This document shows, one piece after another, positions 40,436 through 55,724 of a DNA stretch of 64,000 nucleotides; position 1 is the stretch's first letter, and each line of letters begins with the position of its first letter. The position numbers and the translations under genes were made by a program. The DNA is taken from assembly GCA_964016885.1 (NCBI GenBank), contig OZ024752.1, positions 45,136,001-45,200,000 of the forward strand, read 5' to 3'. This DNA comes from Eledone cirrhosa (taxonomy: Eukaryota). The notes beneath the pieces were generated by a model. The model searched no databases. It saw nothing but the letters and a program-made list of their open reading frames with translations, and was not told the origin of the DNA.

Positions 40436-41200
40436 TATATATGTCTGTATATATTTTAAGTATCCAAAAATTATTTTTAAGTGAACATGATTTTGAAAAA
40501 CTATTTCTAAGTGAATGCAACCCGTTGGATCACGGGTCACGGGTCACGGGTCATGGGTGGTCTAGTTATCTCTAACATTATCATTATCAACATCATCATC
40601 ATTATCAACATCATCAACTACATCAACAGCAGTGGTGAAGGATATTCAGAAAGTGTTGTAGCTAGAGTAAGGACTGTCTGAAGAATTCTAAGGAACTATT
40701 AACTCTGCTGACAAGAAAGAACTTCTCTCTCAGAATGAAGAGTAAAGAGAGAGGAGAGAGAGAGACATAGAGGGAGAGAATGAGAGAGAGGGAAGAGAAA
40801 GAGACAGAAAGGGGAGAGAGATAGAGAAAATAGAGAGAGATTATAGATTTTTCTTCATTCTCTAATCTATACTCAATATACAATCTTGTTTTGTTTGCAA
40901 CTTGGTTCTTTGGACAAATCAAGTTTGTGGTTTAATTTTCGAAATAAATTGCTTAAATTGCCACAAGACATTTCAGTTGATAATTTGTTTGTGTGTGAGA
41001 ATAGTTCAGCGTGAACCAGTTCTGTAGATTACCAATTGTTTCCTTAATTGGTGCCAACATAAACGTGATTAATGGTCATATATCTATGGAATTCTACTGT
41101 CACACACACAAAAAAATGTGGTGGTGTTATGAAGAGAAAAAGAATTAGTTCTTTTTTTTTATATTCGCTTTTATGTACATTTGTTTACATATATAACTAC

Positions 41201-41257
<57 letters not shown>

Positions 41258-41259
<2 letters not shown>

Positions 41260-41500
41260 GAGATCGAGATCGTGGTGTAGGTGTCACGAGAAAAAACACA
41301 GTCCACGCTGTAATGTGGCCGTGTAGGTAACTCGGTAAAAAGTTCCCAGTTCCACACTGTAAATGTGGTTGGTGTTAGGAAGGGCATCCAGCCGTAGAAA
41401 ACCTGCCAGATAGTCCTATATGAGCGAGACATGGTCACCAGACCAACTTTGCCTCAAGTGGGACAACTCCCGTCTAACCCATGCTAGCGTGGAAAATGGA
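41258..41500 (+). mobile_element. RTE-tailed SINE 3' fragment
   Basis: Matches 12595-12870 and 2771-2945. Confidence 0.85.
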
Positions 41501-41887
41501 CTAGAACTATTTCATTCATGATTTCTCACGAATGAAACAGTTCTATTATGATATCTGAATTCTTTTTTCTTTCATTTCCTTCCAAATACTGCCTCTTCAG
41601 GGGCATGATCCTAGTTTGATTGACATTTAAGGGGCTAGGTGAAGAAATGGGCAAAGTGATGCAACAGAACAAGTAGACACCGGACGAATTATACTTTTCA
41701 GCTAATTACACTAATAAAGACGTAAAAAAGACAAAATGCCACAAACCACGATGCAATGTGCATCAACTGAAAAGGTGGAGATAGATCGAAACGATGTGCA
41801 GTGATTCAGTCATTTGTAAATAGTCATCTTTTTCTGAAGTGCGTAAATTACACCCTTTTCCTGGCCAGTGATCGAGCTGAAGCGACA

Positions 41888-42355
41888 GGTAAAGTCTCAA
41901 GCTTTATCTAATAGTGAACAGGTAATAGAAAGATAAAAGTCTGTTCTGTCAAATTGTGTGAACCTAGCTTCATTTTTATCAGGGATCTTACTGACTCATG
42001 ATATTACTGAAGATGTATTAATCCACAATAATAGGTCGACCTTACTGTTTGTATGTTTATATATCTTAGTATCTTATTACTGGCTAATCCTGTCTGTTCT
42101 AGTGGGGTTTATCAATCTACAATTAGGCCTAGTATTAAAGTCTTGTTTATGATCCTTCAAAGTAATATAAGTATTACGTTTGGTTCAGATTGCTATTCTT
42201 TTATCTATCTTTAAGTATTTAGCAATATCTTTAGCTTCATTGTTAATATTACTATACGTGCTTGGTCTAGCTTTCTAGTACTTATTAGTGATAGTAAGAA
42301 ATAGTTGATTATATTTGTGTATCGACTTCGTGTAAGTTTTTTGTTTTATCAGAGA
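41888..42355 (-). mobile_element. Decayed Penelope-like element reverse transcriptase fragment
   Basis: SDKTKNLHEV; INNEAKDIAKYLKIDKRI..TYITLKDHKQDFNTRPNCRLINPT; WINTSSVIS*..FTQFDRTDFYLSI (RT motif A), with stops and frameshifts. Confidence 0.85.
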
Positions 42356-42755
42356 GAAGAAAAATATTTCCAGACTGAAAGGCCTTCATCAGAGGATTAT
42401 AATAAGAAACTAATTTGAAGCTTTGTACCTTTGTTGTTATAGGCATGCCATCTTAGTTTGTTTGTAAGTGGTGGTCTATTTATAGCTGCTGGAAGTATTG
42501 GGAAGAGGACATCGTCTGTGGACTGATGTGTGTATAATGCTGTGTTCGTGTGTATAATGCTGTGTTCGTGTGTATAATGTGTATATGTGTGTATAATGTG
42601 TGTATAATGCTGTATGTTCGTGTGTATAATGCTGTGTGTTCGTGTGTATAATGTGTATATGTGTGTATAATGCTGTGTTCGTGTGTATAATGCTGTATGT
42701 TCGTGTGTACACGTTCCTCTCAAATATTTTTTATGTCAAATATCATACAACTGTT

Positions 42756-42823
<68 letters not shown>

Positions 42824-42934
42824 GTTATATATACATATATACATGTAAAACTTTACCTATATATGCATACATACGGGCTTAAATATATGTTACTGCATAG
42901 ATACCATCATGCATGTATATATATATATTATATA

Positions 42935-42965
<31 letters not shown>

Positions 42966-43085
42966 CATGTGTGTGTGTGTGTGTGTAATAAATGACTGAG
43001 AAGTCACATTTTTCATGTCTCCCCCCTTTCTCTCTCTCTATATATATGCACACACACACATACATATACACGCACACACACATAC

Positions 43086-43117
<32 letters not shown>

Positions 43118-43190
43118 GCACACATACACACACACACACATACACACATACACACGCACACACGCACGCACACGCACACACACATACACA

Positions 43191-43248
<58 letters not shown>

Positions 43249-43761
43249 CACATCGTTATTTATAAAATATTTACGAGAATGAAAACGAAGATACTCAAAT
43301 TCTGCTCAATTTTTCAAAAGTACAAAAGTACAAAATATACAAACAACTTAAAACGTCTTAACAGGGAACCAGGAAACGATATTTGAATAATAACTATGTT
43401 GAAAATATGTATGAGAAATCCCTTTGAGATTTCAAAATTATGAACTGGAATTGGTTCAGAATGGAAGAAAATCTGACCTCTGACAACCACTTAATAGTAT
43501 GAATTCCACGTGGAATATTTACTAAGAAGGAAACAACAGAGGTAGAATGATTAGAAAAGATTAATCAAAAGCTATTAAGGTAGGTAAGTAGGAGGATTAA
43601 CATGGAATTTATTATTTTTTTGAGGAAGTAAGGCGGGACTGGAATTGGGAAGTAGGGAACAAAAAATATTTATTTTAGAATAAAATTTGTAACATATTTT
43701 ATCACACGAGTAGAATTATTCATATCGTATGTATGTATGTATGTATGTATGTATGTATGTA

Positions 43762-44235
43762 TGTCAGGTCACCAGTTGGTGCTACTGGTAACATGTATCC
43801 CAGTACAACCTGTCTCATGGTCGGGTCGTTGGCGACTAAACTGGCAACCCCACCAAGGTTTCTTGGTGAGGAGGGTCACTTTGGACATCCTGCAGGACTA
43901 AAAACAAAACCTGTCAAAGGGCAAAGGAGCTCTTAAGAGTCAATGGCCATCCAAAATCACCGGGAGAGATGACTCCTTAGCATTTGTCAAGGCAGAATTC
44001 TAGGAGAAGGAAAACTCTGATATAACACCTGCAGCCCTGATGGTATCCAATGATGTTGACTTGTTCTTCTTTTTGGTAAATATCATCTTGGTTAAGAGAG
44101 TGGGACTGGCTTTGTGCAGTACCTTTGCTCACTATAAAAGCTTCACGGCACAGGCATTGCTTTATATCTGGAGATCTCTCTGCACTTGTCGTCACATGGT
44201 ACCATGGGCCCAGCACTATGTGTCAATAATTGTCA
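43762..44235 (+). mobile_element. RTE 5' UTR-derived non-autonomous element
   Basis: CTAGGAGAAGGAAAACTCTGA motif; 3' half homologous to 32908-33190. Confidence 0.65.
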
Positions 44236-44389
44236 CAAGTATAGTGTTTGTACCAGAGTTTTCAAGTCGCTGGCTGGACTAAAAAGTCACACTCGTCCAG
44301 CGCATCGGTAGGGGTTCTCCTACATGGATATAAAGTAGTGGCTGTACTCGAAAATGAGTTGGCAGCCACCATGTATGTATGTATGATTG

Positions 44390-44590
44390 TATGTGCCATC
44401 TATCACAGCCATTTGTAGTCTATGAATTAGGGAGCTGCGCTCTTTGTCCACAAATCCAAGTTCAGTTAAACTTCGATCCAAGTGGGTTGGTAGGTAATCT
44501 GTAGCTCCAATAATGATGGGTATGAAGCTGAAGGTGTATCTTGGATACTGGATCTGCAAACTCCTCATCAATGGCCTGTAGATATCCATA
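44390..44590 (-). mobile_element. RLE-type (R4/NeSL-like) non-LTR retrotransposon C-terminal fragment
   Basis: YRPLMRSLQIQYPRYTFSFIPIIIGATDYLP...LG...LIHRLQMAVIDGT resembles the end of the restriction-like endonuclease domain. Confidence 0.75.
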
Positions 44591-45400
44591 TGTAGTTGAC
44601 AAATGAGAAAAAAGAGTACTCAATACCGAAGTAGATTTTAAATATTTATTTATTATGGCTAAGAAGTGAGTCTTGTTACTCTGGAGTTTCACCTGCACAC
44701 AATTATATAAGTATCTATATATTGTTGGTGTATATGGTTGGAGAACAAGGAGGACATGCATCGCTACGGACAGCACATGCTTTCTAAAGTTACTGTGTTT
44801 CATCAAGAGAACCACCACTGCTATCTGACTCTTTGGGGAGGGTTTAAACATATAACTTGGGACCCTCTCTGCTCACCAAATCCTGACACCAACTGTTGGA
44901 TATTTATTCTAGATCATTACATTCTTTAATCAAATCAAACCAAGTTTCCCTTTGTCTTTTATCTTTCATCCTTTTCATTGTCGATAAATAAAGCACCAGC
45001 CCAGTGCTGTCACTGTCCTCTCTCCTTCCATTTGTCACGTTGTTGATGTCATGCTGGAACAAGAGAGGACTTGCCTGCATAACAGTCTACTTTGCTGCAA
45101 TGTATATTGCAATACAATACCACCATTTGCTGCTAAATTACTGCAGCTACGTATGGTGCACTAGCTGCAATAGTTGCAATCTAACACCACCATTAGCTGC
45201 AAAATTGCTGTGGTAGCATAACAGTGCACTTGTTGCAATATAAGTCAGCAAAGTGCAGATTTAAATCTGCGATTTATTTCAAATGAATGTTCATCTGAGT
45301 GCATTTGGGAGAAATCTTGATAGAATAATGTTTATCTGACTGACGTTTCTGGATATGAAGTAGTATGGGGCATTACTGCATAACTGTGATGGCTTCTATG

Positions 45401-45433
<33 letters not shown>

Positions 45434-45774
45434 GGGAGGGGGGAAGTGGTATGTAATTTTGATGGCTTCCATGGAAAGATACTGTGTGTAGTGAGAGAAA
45501 AAGACAGGGTGGTGATTGTTCCATTGAAAAGAATGTGGTGGGGTGGATTATTCCAGTGAAAAGAAGGGGAGTTATTCTATTGAAGAGGGAGAGAAAGAGA
45601 GAGGAGGGAGAGAGAGAGAGAGGGGGGAGATTGGAGTTATTGCATTAAAGTAGATGATAGATGAAACTCCTGTACATCTTTGTGGAGAGGTGAGAGAAAA
45701 AGAAATTGAAATAATGATGTTGTGTTTGTGTGTGTATGTGTGTATGTGTGGGTGAGAAAGAGAGAGAAAGAGAG

Positions 45775-45831
<57 letters not shown>

Positions 45832-46077
45832 AAGAGAAATGAATGGAAACATTTTTTATAAGAAAGTTTGTGATTTCAGATAGTTTAAGCTTGACAAAAG
45901 GAAATAGTGATCAGAAGCAATCTTTCAGCGAAGAGGGGTGGGTGGGGGTAGGTAGTAAGTTAAATCTCCTTTTAACTCTTAACATCCTATAATGTTTTAA
46001 CAGAAAATATCTATGTTTATATCTTTACTAGGGGACAGATCATGGCGGAACATTATTTGTCGATTATTATTATTTGC

Positions 46078-46198
46078 CATTCTGAGTTCAAATCCCGCCG
46101 AGGTTAACTTTGCCTTTCATCCTTACGGGGTCGATAAAATAAAGTACCAGTAATACACTGGGTAATTGCTGACCTTGTGCCAAAAGTAGAAACAATTA
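46078..46198 (+). mobile_element. SINE family A, 3' half
   Basis: Consensus match. Confidence 0.9.
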
Positions 46199-46289
46199 TT
46201 TGTTGATCGACTTTCATCGAATCGGACCGAGGAAACAATGTTTCCATTGGTCTTTCCAGTTGCTAATACTATCTATCGGTCGCAACTCC

Positions 46290-46457
46290 AGGTAGAAGGA
46301 GCAATGTGAAATAAAGTGTCTTGCTCAAGGACATAACGCATCGCCGGTCCAGGAAGGCATGTGGCTGATTGGTTAGAGAACTGGATTCGCAATCGTGAGG
46401 TTGTCGGTTCGATTCCTGGAGCAGGCGATGCGTTATGTCCTTGAGCAAGTCACTTTA
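46290..46457. mobile_element. Two family-B-like SINE head fragments in inverted orientation
   Basis: CTTGCTCAAGGACATAACGCATCGCC versus GGCGATGCGTTATGTCCTTGAGCAAG. Confidence 0.8.
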
Positions 46458-46614
46458 TATGGTGAAACATTGACAGCATTCATTCTTAACAACCTGCAAT
46501 GCAGATATGTTAATTTAAATGTTTATAGTATCTTTACTGATGGACAGACCATTGTGAAAATTTACAGTATTAGTTAACTTCTTAATCATTTGGCCTTACT
46601 GTGTATACATCATC

Positions 46615-46825
46615 ATTATCATCACTGTTTTACGTCCATTCTTCCATGCTAGCATGGGTTAGACGAGTTGTCCTGTTGTGGGCAATGCCAGGTCAGGTGA
46701 CCATGACTTGCTCCGACAGAACTTATTTGAGCTTTGTTTCTACAGCTGGATGCCCTTCCTAACACCAACCTCATTTACACTGAGTACTGGGTGTTTTTTA
46801 CCATGGCACCTACACGACCACTTTA
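46615..46825 (-). mobile_element. RTE-tailed SINE 3' fragment
   Basis: Reverse complement of the tail family. Confidence 0.8.
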
Positions 46826-48412
46826 GATGGCGTAACACATTTATTACACTATCATATATTGGAAAAAGATTAAAAGATACCCTTTTTTTTTTATTTTTCT
46901 TCCCAATCTCCCTCCTGATCAGTTTGAGTCTCCATTGGTGATATATTCTCCAGATTGTTTTGTTAAGATTTTTTGTTTCCTTTATTAACAGAATATAAGA
47001 GAAACCTTTACATTTTCTTCCCCAATAATGTCAAAATGTTACTAACATTTATTTTTTGTGTATTAATCAGATATTCTAGGTTTCTCTGTTCAATATTAAC
47101 TATGATTTCTTTGAAAGATCACTTCTATAGCTGCTGCCCTAGAGAATGTTTAAATCATTTCCCATTTGGTTTCAAGTGTCACAATTTATCGTTTTATTAT
47201 AAATTCTTTGTTTTTAATTCTCAGAATTTTTTTTTTCATCTTCTTAACCTGTCTAGAATTGTCCAAAGCATTTTTTTTTTTAATGCTGTAATTTGCTTCA
47301 CAAGATTAATGAAAAAAGAAACTATTTGTTGTCAGATTGAATAAAAGTTCAATTTTAATTTTTTTTTTTTTCCTTGTTTGATGGGTTATTAAAGTTTGAA
47401 TCTATTACATCTCTGCACATGGTTCTAAATTATGTGTAGTAATATCCACCCCACCAGGTCCCACACTACCTACTACAGCTAGAAGTTCACCCCTCTGGTA
47501 TTCTCTCCTTTCTGCACATGTCTTGCTTGCAGGAGTTGACCTGTAATAATTTAAACTAAGCATCAACATGATAAAATGCCTCCCAGTACACTCTGTAAAG
47601 TGACTGACATTAGGAATGGGAAACCAGATGTAGAAGCTATACCAAATAAAGGACATAACTAACAAGATTGGTGACCTTTGTCCATCTAGTCTCAGACCAT
47701 GACAACATGTCCAACACATGCCAGAATGGAAAATGGTGATGATTACACAACTATATAAAATTACATTAAATATTATACAATTAATTATATTATACATTAA
47801 TTAACAAAATATCATCATCATCACTATTTAACGTCCATTTTTCTTTACAACCTGGGCTAGGGGAGATTTAGGGATGTGGGGGAAGGGTGGGATGTTAGGG
47901 CGGGAGAGGCATACTTGACATATGTTTCACCTTATGTATAATTTATCAAATTACATGTTACATAACTAATTATATAACCAGATCTAAATTTAGCCAATGT
48001 ATGTATATAATATATGCATGCATATATGTATGTATATATGCATGTATATATGTATGTATGTAGGTATATATGTATGTATGTAGATATATATCTATGCATG
48101 CATGTAATATATTAATGCATGTATGTATGAATATATTTATTTATGTATGTATATATATATATATGTATACATATATACATATATATACATATATATATAT
48201 ATATGCATGTGTTGTATTATGCATGTATATATGTATATATATGGAATCGGGTATTTCTGCTATAGCGTAAGCTGTAAAGTCCACCACTGACTGAAACTAA
48301 AAGACATGGAGAGAGTATTAAGAGAACAATTAATGTGAAACCGATTATATCCAAGTAATATTGGTGAGGAATTGCAAGGAATTCTCTCAAGAAGAATCTA
48401 TAAGCAGCTTGT

Positions 48413-49860
<1,448 letters not shown>

Positions 49861-50156
49861 TATATATATATATATATATTCTAAAGAGGGGGTGGTGGTG
49901 GAGATATTTGAGGAACACAAGACTGGAAAGTACCAATATTCCAATATTGATTTAATCCTTCTAATGTTGGCTGCGATTCTTTAGTTGACCAATATTTACT
50001 GGAACTACGCTTCAACATCAGCAACAACCTGTCTTGTTACAGTCTTTCTAAACATAGAATCCAATATACACATAGCCATAACTCTGTATTAGACTTTTGG
50101 TAGTTCTAGTGACAACTGCACTAGTTGTTGGATCAGTGGAACAACTGGATGTTGCT

Positions 50157-50466
50157 AGGGTTAGATTTAAACCTTGTGGGTTCCTAGTGCATTTCAAATT
50201 TGAGGGGCCGCCCTCATACACAAAAAGTTAGAATGCACGGCAACCACCCACCTGTAATTTTACATATCAAAGTTAGCTCGGCGCAAGTAATTGGAATTGA
50301 AGGGTTTTACATACAGGTATTAAATTTGAAAATTCTAACCATCCTGAAACTACAAACCCCAGCTGAGGTCACAAATAAATTGGTATGACCATCACTAGTG
50401 GAGCCCCCACTGTAAGGGGCCTGGTGCAGTTGACACCCTTTGCCTTCCCCCGTTAAATCCGGCGGT
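50157..50466. mobile_element. hAT-like MITE, diverged
   Basis: TAGGGTTAGATTTAA start and TTAAATCCGGCGGTG end resemble CAGGGCCGGATTTAA TIRs; GGGGCC subterminal motifs. Confidence 0.55.
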
Positions 50467-50684
50467 GCCTGAGTGTGTGTTTAACTGAAGAGCAAACCAG
50501 CCCAACTTTATAATGCCAAGGAAACAAGATCATCTTCATCATTTTATGTCCACTTTCTACATTAGCATGGGTTGGACAGGTTGTAATGATCTAAGATTAG
50601 ATAGGTCAGGAAATTATGTCTTGCTTATACATTCCATATTTTGCTATGGTTTCTATGGTTGAAAGCTATTCCTAATGCCAGCCA

Positions 50685-51130
50685 CTTTACAGAGTGTACA
50701 GGGTGTATTTTATCATGACACCAGTACTACCACTTTACAGAGTGTACAGAGTACATTTTATCATGACACCAGTACTACCACTTTACAGAGTGTACAGAGT
50801 ACATTTTATCATGACACCAGTACTACCACTTTACAGAGTGTACTGGGTGTATTTTATTATGTCACCAACACTACCACTATACAGAGTGTACCGGGTACAT
50901 TTTATCATGACACCAGTACTACCACTTTACAGAGTGTACTGGGTACATTTTATCATGACACCAGTACTACCACTTTACAGAGTGTACTGGGTGCCCATAC
51001 TTACATCATATATTTCATGACGTGTACCAGGTACTTTCATCATGACACAAACTCTACCAATTTACAGGGTGGACTGACTGTATCTTATCATGGCACCAGA
51101 ACAATCACTTTATAGAATGGTCTGAGTTCA
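50685..51130. repeat. 48-bp SINE-derived minisatellite
   Basis: Grows out of a minus-strand RTE-tailed element at 50530-50690. Confidence 0.9.
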
Positions 51131-51773
51131 TTTTATTCTGCTACCAACACTACTAATTTTATACAATAGAAATACATCATTAGTAAATACCAATTTTAAT
51201 TCTATTGTTCATTAGAATATATTTAACTTTAGCTTATATCAGGAGCTAAATACACCTTGAAATATAAGCAATAACAATGGCGAAAATATTACACAGTAAA
51301 ATTATTACTTTCTTATAGATTGTTTTTTTTTATCACAGTGTCTCTAGGTAGGAAACATTCTAAAAAATTCTTTCGAGCAAACACCGAAGTAATAACCATT
51401 TAGCGATGGAATGAAACATTTATCTTGGAAATTCTACAAGAAATTAGCCGCTGAGCTGTGAATGTTGATAAGTTTTATTCTCCAAAGATTCCTGTACATA
51501 TGCCTTGTATGAAAGTGTTTACAGAAAGATTTGATTTTCTATCAAGCTTTCGTCTCTTCATATTGTCAAGACAAAATCCTCAATATTGAAGTCTTCACAT
51601 TCTTTACAGATGAATAGTCCCAGAGCAATTTCACTTTAAATCTCACATACATAATTATTCTGAGACTATTCAAAGATAGTGTTAATTAATATTTTGCTTC
51701 CTGTCAACAGTTATATATTTATTTCTTTTACAAGTTTCAGTTATAGGACTGTGACCATACTGGGGCACAGACT

Positions 51774-52130
51774 TAACCATTTAGCATTTACATTACTCTA
51801 TATATACTATTTTATTTTCGCAGTAAAGATTTTATCTCAGATAATTTCGAATCTATGATTTTGGTATTTCCGCCGAGGTTAACTTTGCTTTTCATCCTTA
51901 TGGGATAGATAAAGTACCAGTAATGCACTGGGGGTAATTGCTGGCCTTGTGCCAAAAGAAGAAACAATTATTTATTTTGAGAACAATACCTTAACATCAG
52001 TATGAGTGGCTGGTTATGGCCGTTTTGAATAGAATGAGGTGAGAGTATTCTAGCCGGATATAGCCGGTTTGAACAGAAAGAGGTGAGAGAAGCCTGGCCA
52101 GATACAGCCGGTTTAAATGCTAGAGGGTTA
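51774..52130. mobile_element. piggyBac-like MITE with nested family A SINE fragment (51868-51970)
   Basis: TTAA-CCATTTAGCATTTA ... TAAATGCTAGAGGG-TTAA. Confidence 0.8.
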
Positions 52131-53297
52131 ATCTTAGAGAATTATAGAAAAATCTGGTTTTGGGTTCTGTTCCAGTGTGTGTCACTTCGGGCATGTGTCT
52201 GAACTGAATATGAAATGATTGTGAAACAAAGTCCCTAACCACACAGCCGTGTCTTTGTTAATAACTGACAATCTATGAGAACTTAACTATGAAAATGTCA
52301 TGGCCTTTGACATCAAACAAATATTGTCTTTGTCTTTTCCAAGATGGAAGATAGATTATCAGAGAGAAAAGATAAAATTGAAAGGATGCAATAATACCAT
52401 GTTTATTAATATTTAGAGGAAAGTTGCAAATGTTGGTGTCTGAATGTTTTATATCATATGAGACGATGGAAAAACTTGGTTAAATAATGTTGAATCATTC
52501 AAATACTGGAGGAGGAGGCTTCCCTACCTTCAATCGTGTCAGACTGAGGGTCGTCACCTAAAAACTGGAGGAGGATGCTACCTTAAATTACTTCATTGGT
52601 AAAATAGGAACTTAACAAATGATTCTTTTATAAAGTTATGTTATAAGATTTTAATTTAAATAGGAACTCTTTAAAATTGGTGGTTTTATTTCATAGAACT
52701 AGAGCCAGTTAGGTCCAGGTTGGTGCTCCAGCATGGCCACAGTTTAATGATTGAAACCTGTAAAAGAATAAAACTTTTACAGGTTTAATTGGATAATCTG
52801 AACATGTTTGAGCCATCTATACAGCAACAACACCAACAACACAATACCATCACCATGAATGACAACACCACCACCACTGACACCACAACACCACCACCAC
52901 CAACAACACCAACACCACCACCACCGATGACAACAACACCACCGACACCACAACACAAACACCACCTCCAACAACAACACCACCAACACTATCACCACCA
53001 CCAATGACAACACCACCACCGACACCGACACCATAATGCCACTAATAACACCAACAACACCACTATCAACAACAACAATAATAACAGCACCAACAACACT
53101 AACATCAACAACACTAACAACATCAGCAACACTAACAACAACAATAGCAACAGCAACAAATGGTCTGTTGTAATCAGGTAGCAATTAATCAAGCTAATCT
53201 GTTAATCCATTAATCTATTAATCCTTACCAACATTTCATAGCCAGAAGCTATCTCTAGAAATCACATCACAACACTAGTATACAACTGATACTACAA

Positions 53298-54060
53298 CTA
53301 CACCCAGTACACTCTGTATAGTGGTTGTACTGGTGTCAGGATAAAACACACCCAGTACACTCTGTATAGTGGTTGTACTGGTGTCAAGATAAAACACACC
53401 CAGTACACTCTGTAAAGTGGTTGTACTGGTGTCAGGATAAAACACACCCAGTACACTCTGTATAGTGGTTGTACTGGTGTCAGGATAAAACACACCCAGT
53501 ACACTCTGTAAAGTGGTTGTACTGGTGTCAGGATAAAACACACCCAGTACACTCTGTAAAGTGGTTGTACTGGTGTCAGGATAAAACACACCCAGTACAC
53601 TCTGTATAGTGGTTGTACTGGTGTCAGGATAAAACACACCCAGTACACTCTGTATAGTGGTTGTACTGGTGTCAAGATAAAACACACCCAGTACACTCTG
53701 TATAGTGGTTGTACTGGTGTCAAGATAAAACACACCCAGTACACTCTGTATAGTGGTTGTACTCGTGTCAGGATAAAACACACCCAGTACACTCTGTATA
53801 GTGGTTGTACTGGTGTCAGGATAAAACACACCCAGTACACTCTGTAAAGTGGTTGTACTGGTGTCAGGATAAAACACACCCAGTACACTCTGTATAGTGG
53901 TTGTACTGGTGTCAAGATAAAACACACCCAGTACACTCTGTATAGTGGTTGTACTGGTGTCAGGATAAAACACACCCAGTACACTCTGTATAGTGGTTGT
54001 ACTGGTGTCAGGATAAAACACACCCAGTACACTCTGTATAGTGGTTGTACTGGTGCCACC
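53298..54060. repeat. Homogeneous 48-bp minisatellite, about 16 units
   Basis: ACACCCAGTACACTCTGTATAGTGGTTGTACTGGTGTCAGGATAAAAC. Confidence 0.97.
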
Positions 54061-54285
54061 AGCACTAGAGAGGTCGTCTTACTGGACTCAGAGGCCCTCT
54101 TTACCCCTCCATTTTACAGCATGGACTGGGTGCTTTACTATATATATATATAATGTGGAAAGTGACATATGTAAGAAGGCTAAAACAATGTGCAATGGAT
54201 GGTAAGATGAAGGCAATGATAAAGTTAGTTTCCTGGTAATCTTTGTTTCTTTGTTGCTTTTTTTTTTTTCGTCCTAATATTTCAG

Positions 54286-54312
54286 GATAAAATTCCCTTT
54301 GTCAGAGTGCAG
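54286..54312 (+). CDS. Candidate 27-nt microexon (DKIPFVRVQ in phase 0, or IKFPLSEC in phase 2)
   Basis: Long U-rich tract then ATTTCAG acceptor and CAG|GTAACT donor; frame-preserving length. Confidence 0.35.
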
Positions 54313-54621
54313 GTAACTCACATACATACAAAGAGAGGAAGAGAGAATGTGTGTGTATCTTTAATTGTCTATAACTATGCTAGGGTGTTATTTCATTGAT
54401 TTCTCTGCAAATGTTAATAGTTGCAATTGATTGCAAAACCTTTGTTTTCATTTGTGTATGGCTAAATACATATATTCATCTTCTACTCTGTTGTCTTTTG
54501 ATGACAGCAAATAATTTCATGTTCAGCAAAATTTATTTGATTTCTCTATTTTCTATCAAACTATCTGATTAATGTTTTGAATTTATAAGCAGTAGCTTCA
54601 TTCATTTCATTGAATAGAAAC

Positions 54622-54957
54622 CTGTTGAGGGCTGCCTTTAAATAGAGAGCTGTCGAGGGTTACCTTTAAATAGAGAGCTATTGAGGGTTACTTTTGGGGA
54701 GTTACCTTTAAATAGAGAGATGTTAGGGGTTACCTTAGAGGGTTACCTTTAGAGAGCTGTTGAGGGTTACCTGTAAATAGAGAGCTGTCGAGGGTTACCT
54801 TTAAATAGAGAGTTATTGAGGGTTACCTTTAAATAGAGAGCTATTGAGGGTTACCTTTGGGAGTTACCTTTAAATAGAGAGCTGTTGGGGGTTTCCTTTA
54901 AATAGAGAGCTGTTGGGGGTTTCCTTTAAATAGAGAGCTTTTGAGGTTTTTCTTTAG
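54622..54957. repeat. About 28-bp minisatellite GAGGGTTACCTTTAAATAGAGAGCTGTT
   Basis: Tandem units with variants. Confidence 0.9.
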
Positions 54958-55508
54958 GCTGGAACAATAAATATTCAGTGACCAAGGACAATTAGATGGC
55001 TGCAGATGAATATGTGATGGTGGTGTGTGTGTATATACTGAGATAATGAACTGACTTAGATTTTATGGCCAGAAGCAACAGAACTGATAAAGTTTAAATT
55101 GAAACAGACTGCAGACAACATTCACACACTTTAACTGTCAACACTTAAATCAATCAAAGCAAACTAGAGTTTATAAATTCCACCAATAAAAAAAATAGAT
55201 ACAAAAGAACAGAGTACGAGGAAAAAAATAAGAGGGGAGTTATATGTTCAGTGGACTTTTGCAAACATGCTAGTGTTAGCTAATAAACATATCAAACCAC
55301 TAACATAATTGTGTTAACATCTGATGATGTCACACCAGTGCCAGTTGCTGTTGTAATGATACATAATAACTCCATGCTGGTGTTACAGAAATACGTATAA
55401 TTAATAAATATGATTATGTAACACCACACACTTCAACATCACACAGTTGAACACCACACAGTTAAATGTGACACTGTTAAACACTACACAGAATTAAACA
55501 CTACACAA

Positions 55509-55716
55509 TTAACCCTTTTGCATTTAAACCGGCCGTATCAGACCAGAATTCTCTCACCTCTTTCTGTTCAAACTGGCTATAACCAGCCACTCATACTAAT
55601 GTTAAGGTATTGTTCTCAAAATAGATAATATCAAAATCTCATAGATTCGATATTATGTGAGATATTATGTAAAATAAAGCCTTTACCGTAGAGTAATGTA
55701 AATGCTAAAGGGTTAA
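55509..55716. mobile_element. piggyBac-like MITE, apparently complete
   Basis: TTAA-CCCTTTTGCATTTA ... TAAATGCTAAAGGG-TTAA (TIR plus TTAA target duplication). Confidence 0.85.
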
Positions 55717-55724
55717 GGTGTGCA

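Noticed and set aside
41888-42355. In-frame TGA codons in the PLE RT as selenocysteine
   Set aside because: TAG stops and frameshifts co-occur and one TGA replaces a conserved Trp; ordinary decay
45050-45305. TGCA-rich unique patch (similar at 3470-3580 and 10510-10540)
   Set aside because: No definable structure or motif spacing; cannot be distinguished from chance without conservation data
47405-47540. Minus-strand RGELLAVVGSVG resembling the ABC-C Walker A lead-in
   Set aside because: The GKS residues are absent and the frame stops shortly after; likely chance
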